This document shows, piece after piece, positions 17,206 through 26,114 of a stretch of 28,636 nt of DNA; within the stretch, counting starts at the first letter, position 1; every line of letters begins with the position of its first letter. Where the stretch lies: contig JAOACM010000001.1 of the NCBI GenBank assembly GCA_026417845.1, positions 2,460 to 31,095 of the forward strand. The letters are read 5' to 3'. The DNA is from Planctomycetota bacterium (GTDB lineage Bacteria; Planctomycetota; SZUA-567; H5-PLA8; CALKMO01). Position numbers and translations under genes: made by a program. The notes under the pieces are model-generated. The model was not told where the DNA came from. It saw only the letters and a program-made list of their open reading frames with translations, and did not search any database.

Positions 17206-17552
17206 AGGCGAAGGATCTCCGCGAGAAGTCCTCGGAGGAACTGCGCGCGCAGCTGCTCCAGGTGAAAAGAAGCCTGTTCGATTTTTACCTGAAGGGGGCC
17301 TCCGGGGAAAAAGTGGACCCCGGGCAGAAAAGGACTGCGCGCAGGGACATAGCGCGCATCCTGACGGTGCTCAGGGAAAGGGATGTGCGCCGGGATCTGG
17401 AGAAACGCGAGTCCGAGCTGGAGGCTGCGCAGGCCGCCGGCGGCAGGGCCGCAGGGAAAGGGAAAGAGATCGCGGCCCGCCAGATCCGTGAGATCCGCCG
17501 TCTAAAGGCGGCGATTGTCAGGGAAGATCCCGGTCTTGTCCGGGATGCATGA
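17202..17552 (+). CDS. rpmC: 50S ribosomal protein L29 with a ~55-aa C-terminal extension
   Basis: [14 protein letters not shown]...RRDIARILTVLRE core; ATGA overlap with rplP. Confidence 0.92.
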   Translation: MKAKDLREKSSEELRAQLLQVKRSLFDFYLKGASGEKVDPGQKRTARRDIARILTVLRERDVRRDLEKRESELEAAQAAGGRAAGKGKEIAARQIREIRRLKAAIVREDPGLVRDA

Positions 17553-17615
17553 CGGACGGAGTGCTTTTGCGGGCAGGGTTGGGTTAACCGGGAGACGCAG
17601 GCGAAAGGGACGGGC

Positions 17616-18098
17616 ATGTCCATAACGGGAACGGGATCCTCGTCAGGAAAGTCCGTGGAACGATCGAAAGGCCGCGGCAGGAGGCGCGTCGAGATCGGCG
17701 TAGTGGCTTCGGACAAGTGCGACAAGACGATCGTGGTGGTGGTGAACCGTCTCGTTAAGCATCCGCGCTATAAGAAGTATATACTGCGGAGGACCAGGTA
17801 CTACGCGCACGACGAGAAGAAAGAGGCGCGCCGGGGCGACCGGGTGGAGATAATGGAGACCAGGCCGCTGTCGAAGCTCAAGCGCTGGCGGCTGGTGAGG
17901 GTCGTGGAGCGCGCGCGGCAGATCGGGGAGGCGATACCCGGATCGGAGCCGCCCTTGGCAGTTACTGCCGCCAGCTCCTCCGGGACAGACGCTTCACCCG
18001 CCGCGCCGGACGCCGGGGACGGTGGGGCCGCGGGGCGCGCTCCGGATAAGGGGGAAACGCCGGGAGATGCCGGAGCAGTGGGGGGAGAGCGACGGTGA
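17616..18098 (+). CDS. rpsQ: 30S ribosomal protein S17 with a C-terminal low-complexity tail
   Basis: [45 protein letters not shown]. Confidence 0.95.
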   Translation: MSITGTGSSSGKSVERSKGRGRRRVEIGVVASDKCDKTIVVVVNRLVKHPRYKKYILRRTRYYAHDEKKEARRGDRVEIMETRPLSKLKRWRLVRVVERARQIGEAIPGSEPPLAVTAASSSGTDASPAAPDAGDGGAAGRAPDKGETPGDAGAVGGERR

Positions 18099-18220
18099 GG
18101 CGGCGGGGAACAATCCTGCGCCGGACAGGGGGAGACGGGATCGGATGAGAGTTGACGCGCCGCGGCAGACAGGCTGCCTGACGGTCCGCGGGGCGCGATT
18201 GAAGCGGTTCGGAGCGCAAG

Positions 18221-18610
18221 ATGATCCAGCAGGAGACAGTTGTTGACGTGGCGGACAATACGGGAGCCCGCACCGCCCTGTGCATACGCGTCCTCGGCGG
18301 AGCGCGGAAGCGATATGCGACCGTAGGCGACGTGATAGTGGTGGCGGTGAAGAAGGCGCAGCCCGGCTCCGATTTCGCGGTTTCGTCCAAGCGGGAGAAG
18401 AAAAAGCTGATACAGCGCGGGGTGGTCGTCAGGACGCGCCACCCCGTGAAGAGGCCGGACGGCTCCTCAGTCCGGTTCGACGGGAACGCCGTGGTACTGA
18501 TAAACAACGCCGGCGAGCCGATAGGCACGCGCGTCTTCGGGCCGGTGGCGCGCGAACTCCGCCAGAAGGGATTCGTCAAGATACTTCAGATGGCCGCGGA
18601 AGTGGTGTGA
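18221..18610 (+). CDS. rplN: 50S ribosomal protein L14
   Basis: [35 protein letters not shown] and [12 protein letters not shown]; short insertion after AQPG. Confidence 0.97.
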   Translation: MIQQETVVDVADNTGARTALCIRVLGGARKRYATVGDVIVVAVKKAQPGSDFAVSSKREKKKLIQRGVVVRTRHPVKRPDGSSVRFDGNAVVLINNAGEPIGTRVFGPVARELRQKGFVKILQMAAEVV

Positions 18611-18637
18611 CCGCCCGGCAGACGGACGGAGCCTCGC

Positions 18638-19036
18638 ATGGGAATAACGATAAGGAAGAACGACAGGATAGTGCTGCGACGCGGGGAGGCCGCGCATTAC
18701 CTCCGGGGGCCGGACGGCAAGCCCGCCCAAGGTACGGTGATCGAGGTGGATCGCGCGAGGGGGACGGCTCTGGTGGAATTCCCCAGACCGAAAACGCCGC
18801 GGGGGGAGAAGGAGAAGCCCATACGGGGGGTGGAGGTGTACAAGACGGTCCGCTATAACCCCCGCCTCGGAGAAATGGGCGGACTCAAGATAGAAAAGAG
18901 GCCGATCCCGCTGTGCAACCTGGCGCTCGTCTGTCCCGATTGCGGCGGCATGAAATTCCGGCGCGAGGTGGAGCGGCTGGAGGGCGACAGGAAGAAGGTC
19001 TGGCGGGTGTGCAAAAAGTGCAGCCGCAGGATCTGA
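18638..19036 (+). CDS. rplX: 50S ribosomal protein L24 (divergent, CxxC..CxxC type)
   Basis: IRKNDRIV, GTVIEV, GG..EKRPI..NLAL, CPDC...KKVWRVCKKC; lies between rplN and rplE. Confidence 0.88.
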   Translation: MGITIRKNDRIVLRRGEAAHYLRGPDGKPAQGTVIEVDRARGTALVEFPRPKTPRGEKEKPIRGVEVYKTVRYNPRLGEMGGLKIEKRPIPLCNLALVCPDCGGMKFRREVERLEGDRKKVWRVCKKCSRRI

Positions 19037-19046
19037 CTCGCGGCGA

Positions 19047-20150
19047 ATGGCGAAGGATTTTTCGGCGATGAGCGAGGATAAGAAAAACGCAGGACCGGGC
19101 GCTCCGAAGGGCGGCCCAGTTTCCGAGGCCGGCGGCGGATCCGGCGCCGGCGCTCGAACCGGGCCTGCAGGGGATGCGCTCGAACGGCGCGAAAGGCCCG
19201 CCGGGGCCGGCGGGAAGGCGGCCGGAACCGGCGAGCCCACCGGGAAGACCGGCAAGGGCGGTAGGAAGGAAGGCGCCGCCCCGGCGGAAGGCAAAAAACC
19301 CGGGAGACCGGAAAAGCCGGGGGATGGGAAGTCCGGGGATCAGAAGGCGACGGGGGCTGGCGTCGAGACCGCGGGAGTGAAACCGCAGGAGGAGGCGAAG
19401 GCCGGGGACAAGAAGGCGGCTCAGGAGGCCGGAGCCGGGAAACCGGGCGAGGGCGAAAAGCCGAAGGGCGAGAAAGCCGCCAAGGCAAAGAAAGACGGAG
19501 GGGCAGCGGCCGAGGGCGCGGCGGATCAGAAATCCCGAAAGGGCGAGCTGGTACTGGAGGAGGGCAGGCCGCGTGCCCCGAAGGAGACACCGCGCCTCCT
19601 GGTGAAGTACCGGAAAGAAGTCCTGCCGAAGTTGAAGGAGAAATACGGCCACAAGAACGATCTGGCCTGCGCCAGGCTCAGGAAGATATGTGTGAACATT
19701 GGTATCGGCAAGATGCTCGGATCGGTCGCCAACGAGGCGGACAAGACGAAGATAATAGAGGAATCGCTGCGCGATCTGGCGCTCATAACCGGGCAGAAAG
19801 CCGTGGTTACCCTCGCCAGGAAGTCCGTGTCGAACTTCAAGGTCCGGAAAGGGTTCAGAGTTGGCGTACGCGCGACCCTTCGCGGAGCAAGGATGTATGA
19901 ATTTTTCGACAGGCTGGTGAGCGTGGCGATACCGAGGATACGCGACTTCAGGGGGATATCGCCGCGGTCCTTCGACGGCCGCGGGAACTTTTCGCTGGGG
20001 CTTCAGGAGAAGACGATATTTCCCGAGGTGGACGTGGACAAGGTGAATTACCACCAAGGGCTGCAGGTCACCATAGTAACGACGGCGAAGACGGATGAGG
20101 AGGCGAGGGACCTGCTCAGGGGGCTTGGCATGCCATTCCGGGAGAACTGA
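19047..20150 (+). CDS. rplE: 50S ribosomal protein L5 with a ~180-aa N-terminal low-complexity extension
   Basis: Core from about residue 183: [60 protein letters not shown] and EKTIFPE. Confidence 0.95.
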   Translation: MAKDFSAMSEDKKNAGPGAPKGGPVSEAGGGSGAGARTGPAGDALERRERPAGAGGKAAGTGEPTGKTGKGGRKEGAAPAEGKKPGRPEKPGDGKSGDQKATGAGVETAGVKPQEEAKAGDKKAAQEAGAGKPGEGEKPKGEKAAKAKKDGGAAAEGAADQKSRKGELVLEEGRPRAPKETPRLLVKYRKEVLPKLKEKYGHKNDLACARLRKICVNIGIGKMLGSVANEADKTKIIEESLRDLALITGQKAVVTLARKSVSNFKVRKGFRVGVRATLRGARMYEFFDRLVSVAIPRIRDFRGISPRSFDGRGNFSLGLQEKTIFPEVDVDKVNYHQGLQVTIVTTAKTDEEARDLLRGLGMPFREN

Positions 20151-20211
20151 CCGGGGCGGCAAGGCTGGCGGCGGGAATCGCCGCCCACCGGAAGGATGGA
20201 CGGGGGATGCG

Positions 20212-20397
20212 ATGGCGAAGACGTGCCTGAGGGTCAAACAGCTTCGACCTCCCAAGTACAAGGTCCGGCGCTACAACCGCTGTTCGCTCTGCGGGCGGCC
20301 CAGGGGATACTATCGGAAGTTCAGGATATGCCGCTGCTGCTTCCGGATGCTGGCGCACCGCGGGGAGATACCAGGCGTCAGGAAGGCGAGCTGGTAG
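20212..20397 (+). CDS. rpsZ: 30S ribosomal protein S14, zinc-binding (type Z, 61 aa)
   Basis: MAKT...[27 protein letters not shown]...[11 protein letters not shown]. Confidence 0.96.
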   Translation: MAKTCLRVKQLRPPKYKVRRYNRCSLCGRPRGYYRKFRICRCCFRMLAHRGEIPGVRKASW

Positions 20398-20529
20398 GGT
20401 GGGGTGGAGCGTGACGGAACGGAAGTGCTGGCGGCAAAGAGAGCTGAGGCGAAGGGACGGGCAGCGCGGGCGGAACCGTTCGGAGCCGCGGGCGGAGACC
20501 GGGGGAGGCGGATAGCGGAGAGGAGCCGG

Positions 20530-20928
20530 ATGAACTCGACGGACCCAATAGCCGACATGTTGACCGTGATCAGGAACGGGGTGCGGGTGAGGCGCGGGGA
20601 AGTGACCGTCCCCGCATCCAGGATCAAGACGGCCGTGGTGGAAGTGTTGAAGCGCGAGGGCTTCATAGCGGGTTTCGAGATCGAGAAACACAGGCCGCAG
20701 GACAGACTGAGGATCCGCCTGAAGTATGGAAACTCCGGGGAAAGCGCGATAACCGCGATCCGTCGAATCAGCAAGCCGGGCAGGAGGGTGTACTGGGGGA
20801 AGGACGACATCCAGCCGGTGTTGAGGGGGATTGGCATCTCGATCATATCCACCCCGAAAGGAGTGCTGTCAGATCGCGAGGCGAGGAAGGCCAGCGTCGG
20901 CGGCGAGGTGATCTGCCAGGTATGGTAG
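20530..20928 (+). CDS. rpsH: 30S ribosomal protein S8
   Basis: TDPIADMLTVIRN, LKREGFI, RISKPGRRVY, GISIISTPKGV and GGEVICQVW; AGGAG SD before ATG 20530. Confidence 0.97.
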   Translation: MNSTDPIADMLTVIRNGVRVRRGEVTVPASRIKTAVVEVLKREGFIAGFEIEKHRPQDRLRIRLKYGNSGESAITAIRRISKPGRRVYWGKDDIQPVLRGIGISIISTPKGVLSDREARKASVGGEVICQVW

Positions 20929-20986
20929 CGCGGGCAATGCGCCGCCGCGGCTCAAGGCGGCGCGCGGCGACGATGGAGGCGGGAAG

Positions 20987-21568
20987 ATGTCCCGGATAGG
21001 CAAAAAACCGATCCCGATTCCCAAGGGCGTGAGCGTAGCGGTGGAGGGGAGCAGGGTCGTGGTGAAGGGGCCGAAGGGGTCCCTGCAGCTCGAGCTTACC
21101 GGAAGCATATCGGCTGACGTGGACCAGGGCGCCGGCTCGGTCGTGGTGAGGCGCGGTTCCGACGAGCGCGAGGACCGGGCGAAGCACGGCCTGTACAGAG
21201 CGCTGATAAACAACATGGTCGTAGGGGTCACGCAGGGATTTGAGAAGCGCGTTGAGCTTGTCGGAAAAGACTACAACGCCAAATTGCAGGGCCGGAAACT
21301 GCTGCTTAACATCGGATACAACTCCGAACATCCGGAGGTATTCGAGGTGCCGCAGGGCATAACGGTAACGCTCTCTCCAACTCAGTCGAAGGAGATCACG
21401 GAGATCGTCGTGCAGGGGATAGACAAGCAACTGGTGGGGCAGGTGGCTGCGTCTATCCGTCAGATGAGGCGGGCGGACCCCTACCAGGGAAAGGGTTTCA
21501 GGTACAAGGGCGAGAAGGTCAGGAAGCTGCCGGGCAAGCAGATGGCCACCGGCGCCGCTGCATCGTAG
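20987..21568 (+). CDS. rplF: 50S ribosomal protein L6
   Basis: MSRIGKKPI, VKGPKG, HGLYRALINNMVVGV, GIDKQLVGQVAA and DPYQGKG. Confidence 0.97.
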   Translation: MSRIGKKPIPIPKGVSVAVEGSRVVVKGPKGSLQLELTGSISADVDQGAGSVVVRRGSDEREDRAKHGLYRALINNMVVGVTQGFEKRVELVGKDYNAKLQGRKLLLNIGYNSEHPEVFEVPQGITVTLSPTQSKEITEIVVQGIDKQLVGQVAASIRQMRRADPYQGKGFRYKGEKVRKLPGKQMATGAAAS

Positions 21569-21598
21569 CGGCGCGCATGCCCGGCCGGGGTGCGGACG

Positions 21599-21967
21599 AT
21601 GAATCCAAACAAGGCAAAGGCGCTCTCGCGGAAAGCCAGGCACGAGCGGGTCAGGAAGAAGGTCTTCGGGACGCCGGAGAGGCCGCGGCTTAACGTTTTC
21701 CGGAGTCTCAAGCATTTTTACTGTCAGCTAGTTGACGATACGAACGGCAGGACTCTGCTTACCCTCTCGACGCTGAGTCCCGAGGCAAGGGGAGCTCTGA
21801 AGAATACGGGCAACAGGGAGGCTGCCGGGACGCTGGGGAAGCTGCTGGCGGAAAAGGCGAAGGGCATCGGTGTGACAGCCGTTGTGTTCGATCGTGGCGG
21901 GTACAAGTACCACGGCAGGGTGAAGGAGTTCGCCGAGGCGGCGCGGAAGGGCGGTCTGGCGTTCTGA
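21599..21967 (+). CDS. rplR: 50S ribosomal protein L18
   Basis: [23 protein letters not shown] and [27 protein letters not shown]. Confidence 0.97.
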   Translation: MNPNKAKALSRKARHERVRKKVFGTPERPRLNVFRSLKHFYCQLVDDTNGRTLLTLSTLSPEARGALKNTGNREAAGTLGKLLAEKAKGIGVTAVVFDRGGYKYHGRVKEFAEAARKGGLAF

Positions 21968-22010
21968 ACGCGACCCGTCCGGTCCAGAGCGGAAAGGAGG
22001 AGATCCGGCC

Positions 22011-22889
22011 TTGCGGGAAGCGGCTGAGGAAACCACGGATCGCCAGCTCGAGGAGCGGGTGATAGATATCTGGCGGTGCGCCTGCGTCGTGAAGGGCGGA
22101 CGCCGGTTTTCCTTCGCGGCGATGGCCGTCGTGGGCGACGGCAACGGGCGCGCCGGGGTCGGATACGGGAAGGCGCGAGAGGTGCCGGCCGCGATCGAAA
22201 AGGCCGTAAAGGATGCGAAGAAGCACATGGAGCGCTTCCCGATAGTTAACGGGACGATCCCGCATGAGGTCCGGGGACACTTCGGCTCCGCCGATGTGCT
22301 TCTCATACCGGCGATGCCGGGGACCGGCGTGATAGCCGGAGAGGTCGTGCGGGCGGTGGCGGAGGCGCTGGGGATCAAGAACCTGCTCAGCAAATCCTTC
22401 GGCAGGAACAACGCCAAAAACCTGGTCCGCGCCACGTTCGAGGCCTTCAGGAAGTTGAGGGTATACGAGCAGGTCCGCGAGTTGCGCGGAGTGGATTTCG
22501 AATATCGGCAGATCAAGGCGGATCGCGGAGGCGTACCGCCAGCCAGGGGACCAGAGGCGACGCCCGTCGCGGGCCGGGCCGGCGAGCCGGAAGCGGCCGC
22601 CCCGGGCGAATCGTCTTGGGGAGAGGAGCGGCGCGGCCCCGGCGGGAAAGGCCCACGCGGTGGGAGGTGGCGGAAAGGATCGAGGGACGCGAAGGGGCGG
22701 GCGGAAGGGAGCGAACGACCGGGCGATCCCGGGGCGCGGCCGTCCAAAGAAGGCGCGGGAGGCGGACCGGAGCCGGCCGGAGGAGAGACGGCGGCTGGAG
22801 ATTCGCAGGCTGGAACGTCCCGATCCGACGGAACGGCGTCGAACGGCGGACGGGAAACCGGAGATTCCGGACCGGAGAACAAAGCGTAG
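22011..22889 (+). CDS. rpsE: 30S ribosomal protein S5 with a ~130-aa C-terminal extension
   Basis: VVKGGRRFSF, VVGDGNG, GYGKAREVP, GTIPHEV, PGTGVIAG and NLVRAT; TTG start with AAGGAGG SD. Confidence 0.96.
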   Translation: MREAAEETTDRQLEERVIDIWRCACVVKGGRRFSFAAMAVVGDGNGRAGVGYGKAREVPAAIEKAVKDAKKHMERFPIVNGTIPHEVRGHFGSADVLLIPAMPGTGVIAGEVVRAVAEALGIKNLLSKSFGRNNAKNLVRATFEAFRKLRVYEQVRELRGVDFEYRQIKADRGGVPPARGPEATPVAGRAGEPEAAAPGESSWGEERRGPGGKGPRGGRWRKGSRDAKGRAEGSERPGDPGARPSKEGAGGGPEPAGGETAAGDSQAGTSRSDGTASNGGRETGDSGPENKA

Positions 22890-23196
22890 GGGCTTCCGGA
22901 GGAGATCGGGTCTCCGGGGCCGGAGAGGCTTCGGCATCCTCGACTTTACGAGGACGACGATGCGGAGGCCGGGGATGGTTCGCGCGGCGACGGATCAACC
23001 CCCGCATCCGTGAACAGCCGGGCTGTTCCCGGAAGATGCAGTAACCGTCCGGCAGATTGACGGATCGGCGGGAGGCGTCTTTCTGCTTCGGTATCGCCCC
23101 CCCTGTTCCGGGGAGGAGGGTGTTGGAGGCGGGGATCGCCTGTCGCGAGCTGCCGAACGGCCGTGGCGCGGTCAACTTTGAGGGAGATGCCGAAAG

Positions 23197-23802
23197 ATGC
23201 AGCTCCATGAAGCGCTTCAAAAAGCCGGTATATATCGCAAGAAAAAAGTGAGGGTCGGACGGGGACCAGGGTCCGGCATAGGGAAGACGTGCGGTCGCGG
23301 CGGCAAGGGCGCTACGGCCCGCTCCGGGTATCGCATGCCCGCCACCTATGCCGGCGGACAGATGCCCCTGTTCCGCAGGTTGCCGAAGCGCGGATTTACC
23401 AACGCGACGTTCAAGACGACATATCAGGTCGTCAACGTGGGGGACCTAGCGCGTTTTGGCGCGGGCGAGACCGTGACGGTGGAGAAGCTGGCGGAATGCG
23501 GGCTTGCGACCAGATCCCGGCTGCCGGTGAAGGTCCTCGGAAACGGGGAACTGTCTCATGCGCTGACAGTGAGGGCGCACGCATTTTCCGAGTCCGCGAG
23601 GGCTAAGATAGAAAAGACCGGGGGCAGGGTCGAAACTCCGGACGGCAAACCTTTCCCGGTCCGCAAGAAGCCGCCGCCCCCCAGGACCGCATCGGGGGCC
23701 GGGAAGGGCGGGGCTGCCGGGGATGGGAAGGGCCGCGGGGAGGAAAGCGGAGAGAAAGGGAAATCCGCCGGCCCCGACCGGACTGGCGGGAAGAAGGCCT
23801 GA
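23197..23802 (+). CDS. rplO: 50S ribosomal protein L15 with a ~50-aa C-terminal tail
   Basis: [44 protein letters not shown] and [11 protein letters not shown]. Confidence 0.96.
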   Translation: MQLHEALQKAGIYRKKKVRVGRGPGSGIGKTCGRGGKGATARSGYRMPATYAGGQMPLFRRLPKRGFTNATFKTTYQVVNVGDLARFGAGETVTVEKLAECGLATRSRLPVKVLGNGELSHALTVRAHAFSESARAKIEKTGGRVETPDGKPFPVRKKPPPPRTASGAGKGGAAGDGKGRGEESGEKGKSAGPDRTGGKKA

Positions 23803-23887
23803 GGCGGACCGGCAGCCGGCGGATCCGGCGCGCGGCTTGCCGGCGTTGCCGCCATCTCGTCGCGCGGCGCGGCGCGGCCGGTCCGCC
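23803..23887. repeat. 11-bp perfect inverted repeat directly after rplO
   Basis: GGCGGACCGGC 23803-13 and GCCGGTCCGCC 23877-87 enclose 63 nt of GC-rich sequence. Confidence 0.45.
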
Positions 23888-24079
23888 ACCGCGAATCGCA
23901 GGTGCGGTATCAAGACCTTGACAGGTGCGGGGCGCGCTCGAAGGCGTCGGAGGGCCGGGTCGCCGGCGTGGTGCCTTGCGATATTCCCCCGGCAGGGCCG
24001 GGTGCGTGGTGCCTGCCGTCGCTCCGGCTGGCGGTCGTAAGGCGGATGGGTGCGCCCGCGTGGGCTTTGGGGGCCTGGC

Positions 24080-25429
24080 ATGTTTTCCGCCTTCTCGAAT
24101 ATCCTGAAGATTCCCGACTTGCGCAGAAAGGCGCTCTGGACGGTCGGCCTGCTTGCGCTTGCCCGCGTTGGCGTTTTCATCCCGATGCCGGGCATAGACG
24201 TCAGCGTGGTACAGGCTCAAATCGAGCAGACGCACGGTACGGCCTACGGCAGACTGCTCGGCATACTCGATATGTTCGCAGGCGGCGGTTTGCGGAACGC
24301 CTCCATATTCGCCCTCGGCATAATGCCCTACATCTCCGCGTCAATCATCTTCCAGTTGCTTACTGCCATCGTCCCGGCGCTCAACAAGATAGCCAAGGAA
24401 GGCGAATCCGGCCGCAGGAAGATCATCCAGTGGACGCGGTATTCGACGGTGCTCCTGTGCGTCGTTCAGGCCGTCATAATATGTTCCGGTCTGCAGGATC
24501 TGCGGCCCGGGGGACGGCCTATAGTCGTCGGTGGCGGCGGTCCGCTCTTTCTGGCCGGCGCGGCGATCACGCTCACGGCCGGCACGGTCTTCCTGATGTG
24601 GCTGGGCGAGCAGATAGACGAATTCGGACTCGGCAACGGCGGGTCGCTGATAATAATGGTAGGCATAGTCTCGCGCCTGCCGGTTGCGCTCTATGAGGTC
24701 GGCAAGCAGTTCGACCCGGCGATAGATTCCACCTCTCCGGCCGCCATAGGCCCCGGGCAGCTTCTCCTCCTGCTGGTCTGCTTCGTGGCGATGGTCGTCG
24801 CCGTGATAGTGGTGACGCAGGCGACCCGTCGGATTCCGATGCAGACGCCCAAGCGCACGCCCATCGGTTTCCGCCAGCAGCATTTTCTCCCGCTGAAGCT
24901 GAACGCCTCCGGCGTGATAGCGATAATCTTCGCTCAGGCCCTCATGGTGGTCTTCCCGGTGCTGGCGATGCTCCCATGGGATACATGGCGCGCCTTTCTC
25001 GCGTTCTTCATGCCGTGGGCGTTCCCCTACGTGACGATCTACCTCCTGCTGATCATATTCTTCTCGTACTTCTACACGGCGATACTCTTCGATCCGAAGG
25101 AGCATGCGGAAAACTTCAAGCAGTATGGGATATTCATACCCGGCATACGTCCCGGAGCTGACACGCGGGAGTATCTCGAGACGGTGCTGAACCGCATAAC
25201 GCTGGCCGGAGCGGTGTTCATAGCGATCATCGCGATAGTCCCGCAGATCATCCAGTATTCGCTCAACGTGAGTTACACGGTGTCCGACTTCTTCGGCGGG
25301 ACGGGACTGCTGATAGTGGTGGGCGTGGCACTGGACGTAGTGAACAGGATCGAGTCGCATCTGCTGATGCAGCACTACGAAGGGTTCCTGAAGGGCGGCG
25401 GACGCATCAGGGGCCGGAGAGGCATATGA
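24080..25429 (+). CDS. secY: Preprotein translocase subunit SecY
   Basis: SIFALGIMPYISASII, GRRKIIQWTRY, MWLGEQI..GLGNG.SLII, PLKLNASGVIAIIFA, IPGIRPG and GGTGLLIVVGV; about ten hydrophobic segments. Confidence 0.98.
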   Translation: MFSAFSNILKIPDLRRKALWTVGLLALARVGVFIPMPGIDVSVVQAQIEQTHGTAYGRLLGILDMFAGGGLRNASIFALGIMPYISASIIFQLLTAIVPALNKIAKEGESGRRKIIQWTRYSTVLLCVVQAVIICSGLQDLRPGGRPIVVGGGGPLFLAGAAITLTAGTVFLMWLGEQIDEFGLGNGGSLIIMVGIVSRLPVALYEVGKQFDPAIDSTSPAAIGPGQLLLLLVCFVAMVVAVIVVTQATRRIPMQTPKRTPIGFRQQHFLPLKLNASGVIAIIFAQALMVVFPVLAMLPWDTWRAFLAFFMPWAFPYVTIYLLLIIFFSYFYTAILFDPKEHAENFKQYGIFIPGIRPGADTREYLETVLNRITLAGAVFIAIIAIVPQIIQYSLNVSYTVSDFFGGTGLLIVVGVALDVVNRIESHLLMQHYEGFLKGGGRIRGRRGI

Positions 25430-26070
25430 GGATCGTGTTTCTGGGGCCGCCCGGCGCCGGCAAGGGGACGCAGGCGAAGATGCTGGCGCGGCGCAGGAAC
25501 CTCGCGCACCTTTCGACCGGAGACATGCTTCGGGCGGCGGTGGCCGGCAAGACCGTCGTCGGCCTCGTGGCGCAGGGGTATATGGAGCGCGGGGCGCTGG
25601 TTCCCGACGATGTGGTTCTGGGCGTGATAGAAGAGCATCTCGCGGACGGTAAGGCCGCGGGCGGTTTCGTGCTTGATGGATTCCCCAGAACCCTTGCCCA
25701 GGCGACGCGGCTGGACGAGATGCTGGTATCCCGCGGCGCCCCCATAGATCGCGTTCTGCTCATAGATTGTCCGATGGAGGAGGTCGTACGAAGGCTTTCG
25801 GGGCGCAGGAGCTGCCGGAAGTGCGGAGCGGTATATCATATCGAGACTATGCCTTCGAAAAAGGATGGGGTCTGCGACCGGTGCGGGGGCGAACTGTACG
25901 TTCGCGACGACGACCGGGAGGATGTCATAAAGAGACGTTTCGAGGCTTATAACCGGAGCACGCTCCCGTTGATCGAGTATTACGAGAAAAAAGGCATCCT
26001 GATCAGGATAGACGGAACCGCCCCCCCGGATGCTGTAGCGACCGCAGTAGAAAAGGCCGTGGCCGGTTGA
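25426..26070 (+). CDS. adk: Adenylate kinase (Zn-LID type)
   Basis: GPPGAGKGTQA, STGDMLR, LVPDDV, LDGFPRT, LID CRKC...CDRC and RDDDRE; ATGA overlap with secY. Confidence 0.97.
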   Translation: MRIVFLGPPGAGKGTQAKMLARRRNLAHLSTGDMLRAAVAGKTVVGLVAQGYMERGALVPDDVVLGVIEEHLADGKAAGGFVLDGFPRTLAQATRLDEMLVSRGAPIDRVLLIDCPMEEVVRRLSGRRSCRKCGAVYHIETMPSKKDGVCDRCGGELYVRDDDREDVIKRRFEAYNRSTLPLIEYYEKKGILIRIDGTAPPDAVATAVEKAVAG

Positions 26071-26085
26071 CCCCGCACGTGCTTC

Positions 26086-26114
26086 CCGCGGCTGCCTGCA
26101 GCCGGGTTTCTTTT
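26086..26114 (+). terminator. Weak intrinsic-terminator-like hairpin between adk and map
   Basis: CGGCTG-CCTG-CAGCCG followed by GGTTTCTTTT. Confidence 0.35.

Noticed and set aside
19556-19604. Internal SD-like GGAGGAGG as the true L5 start site
   Set aside because: The following GTG (19573) is out of frame, and the in-frame GTG 19602 would remove the conserved PRL residues and is poorly spaced from an SD.
20404-20529. 42-codon in-frame extension upstream of rpsH
   Set aside because: A good SD (AGGAG) precedes ATG 20530 at the canonical S8 start. The extension is possible but unsupported.
23918-23923. TTGACA upstream of secY as an internal promoter
   Set aside because: No -10 element at 16-18 nt spacing.
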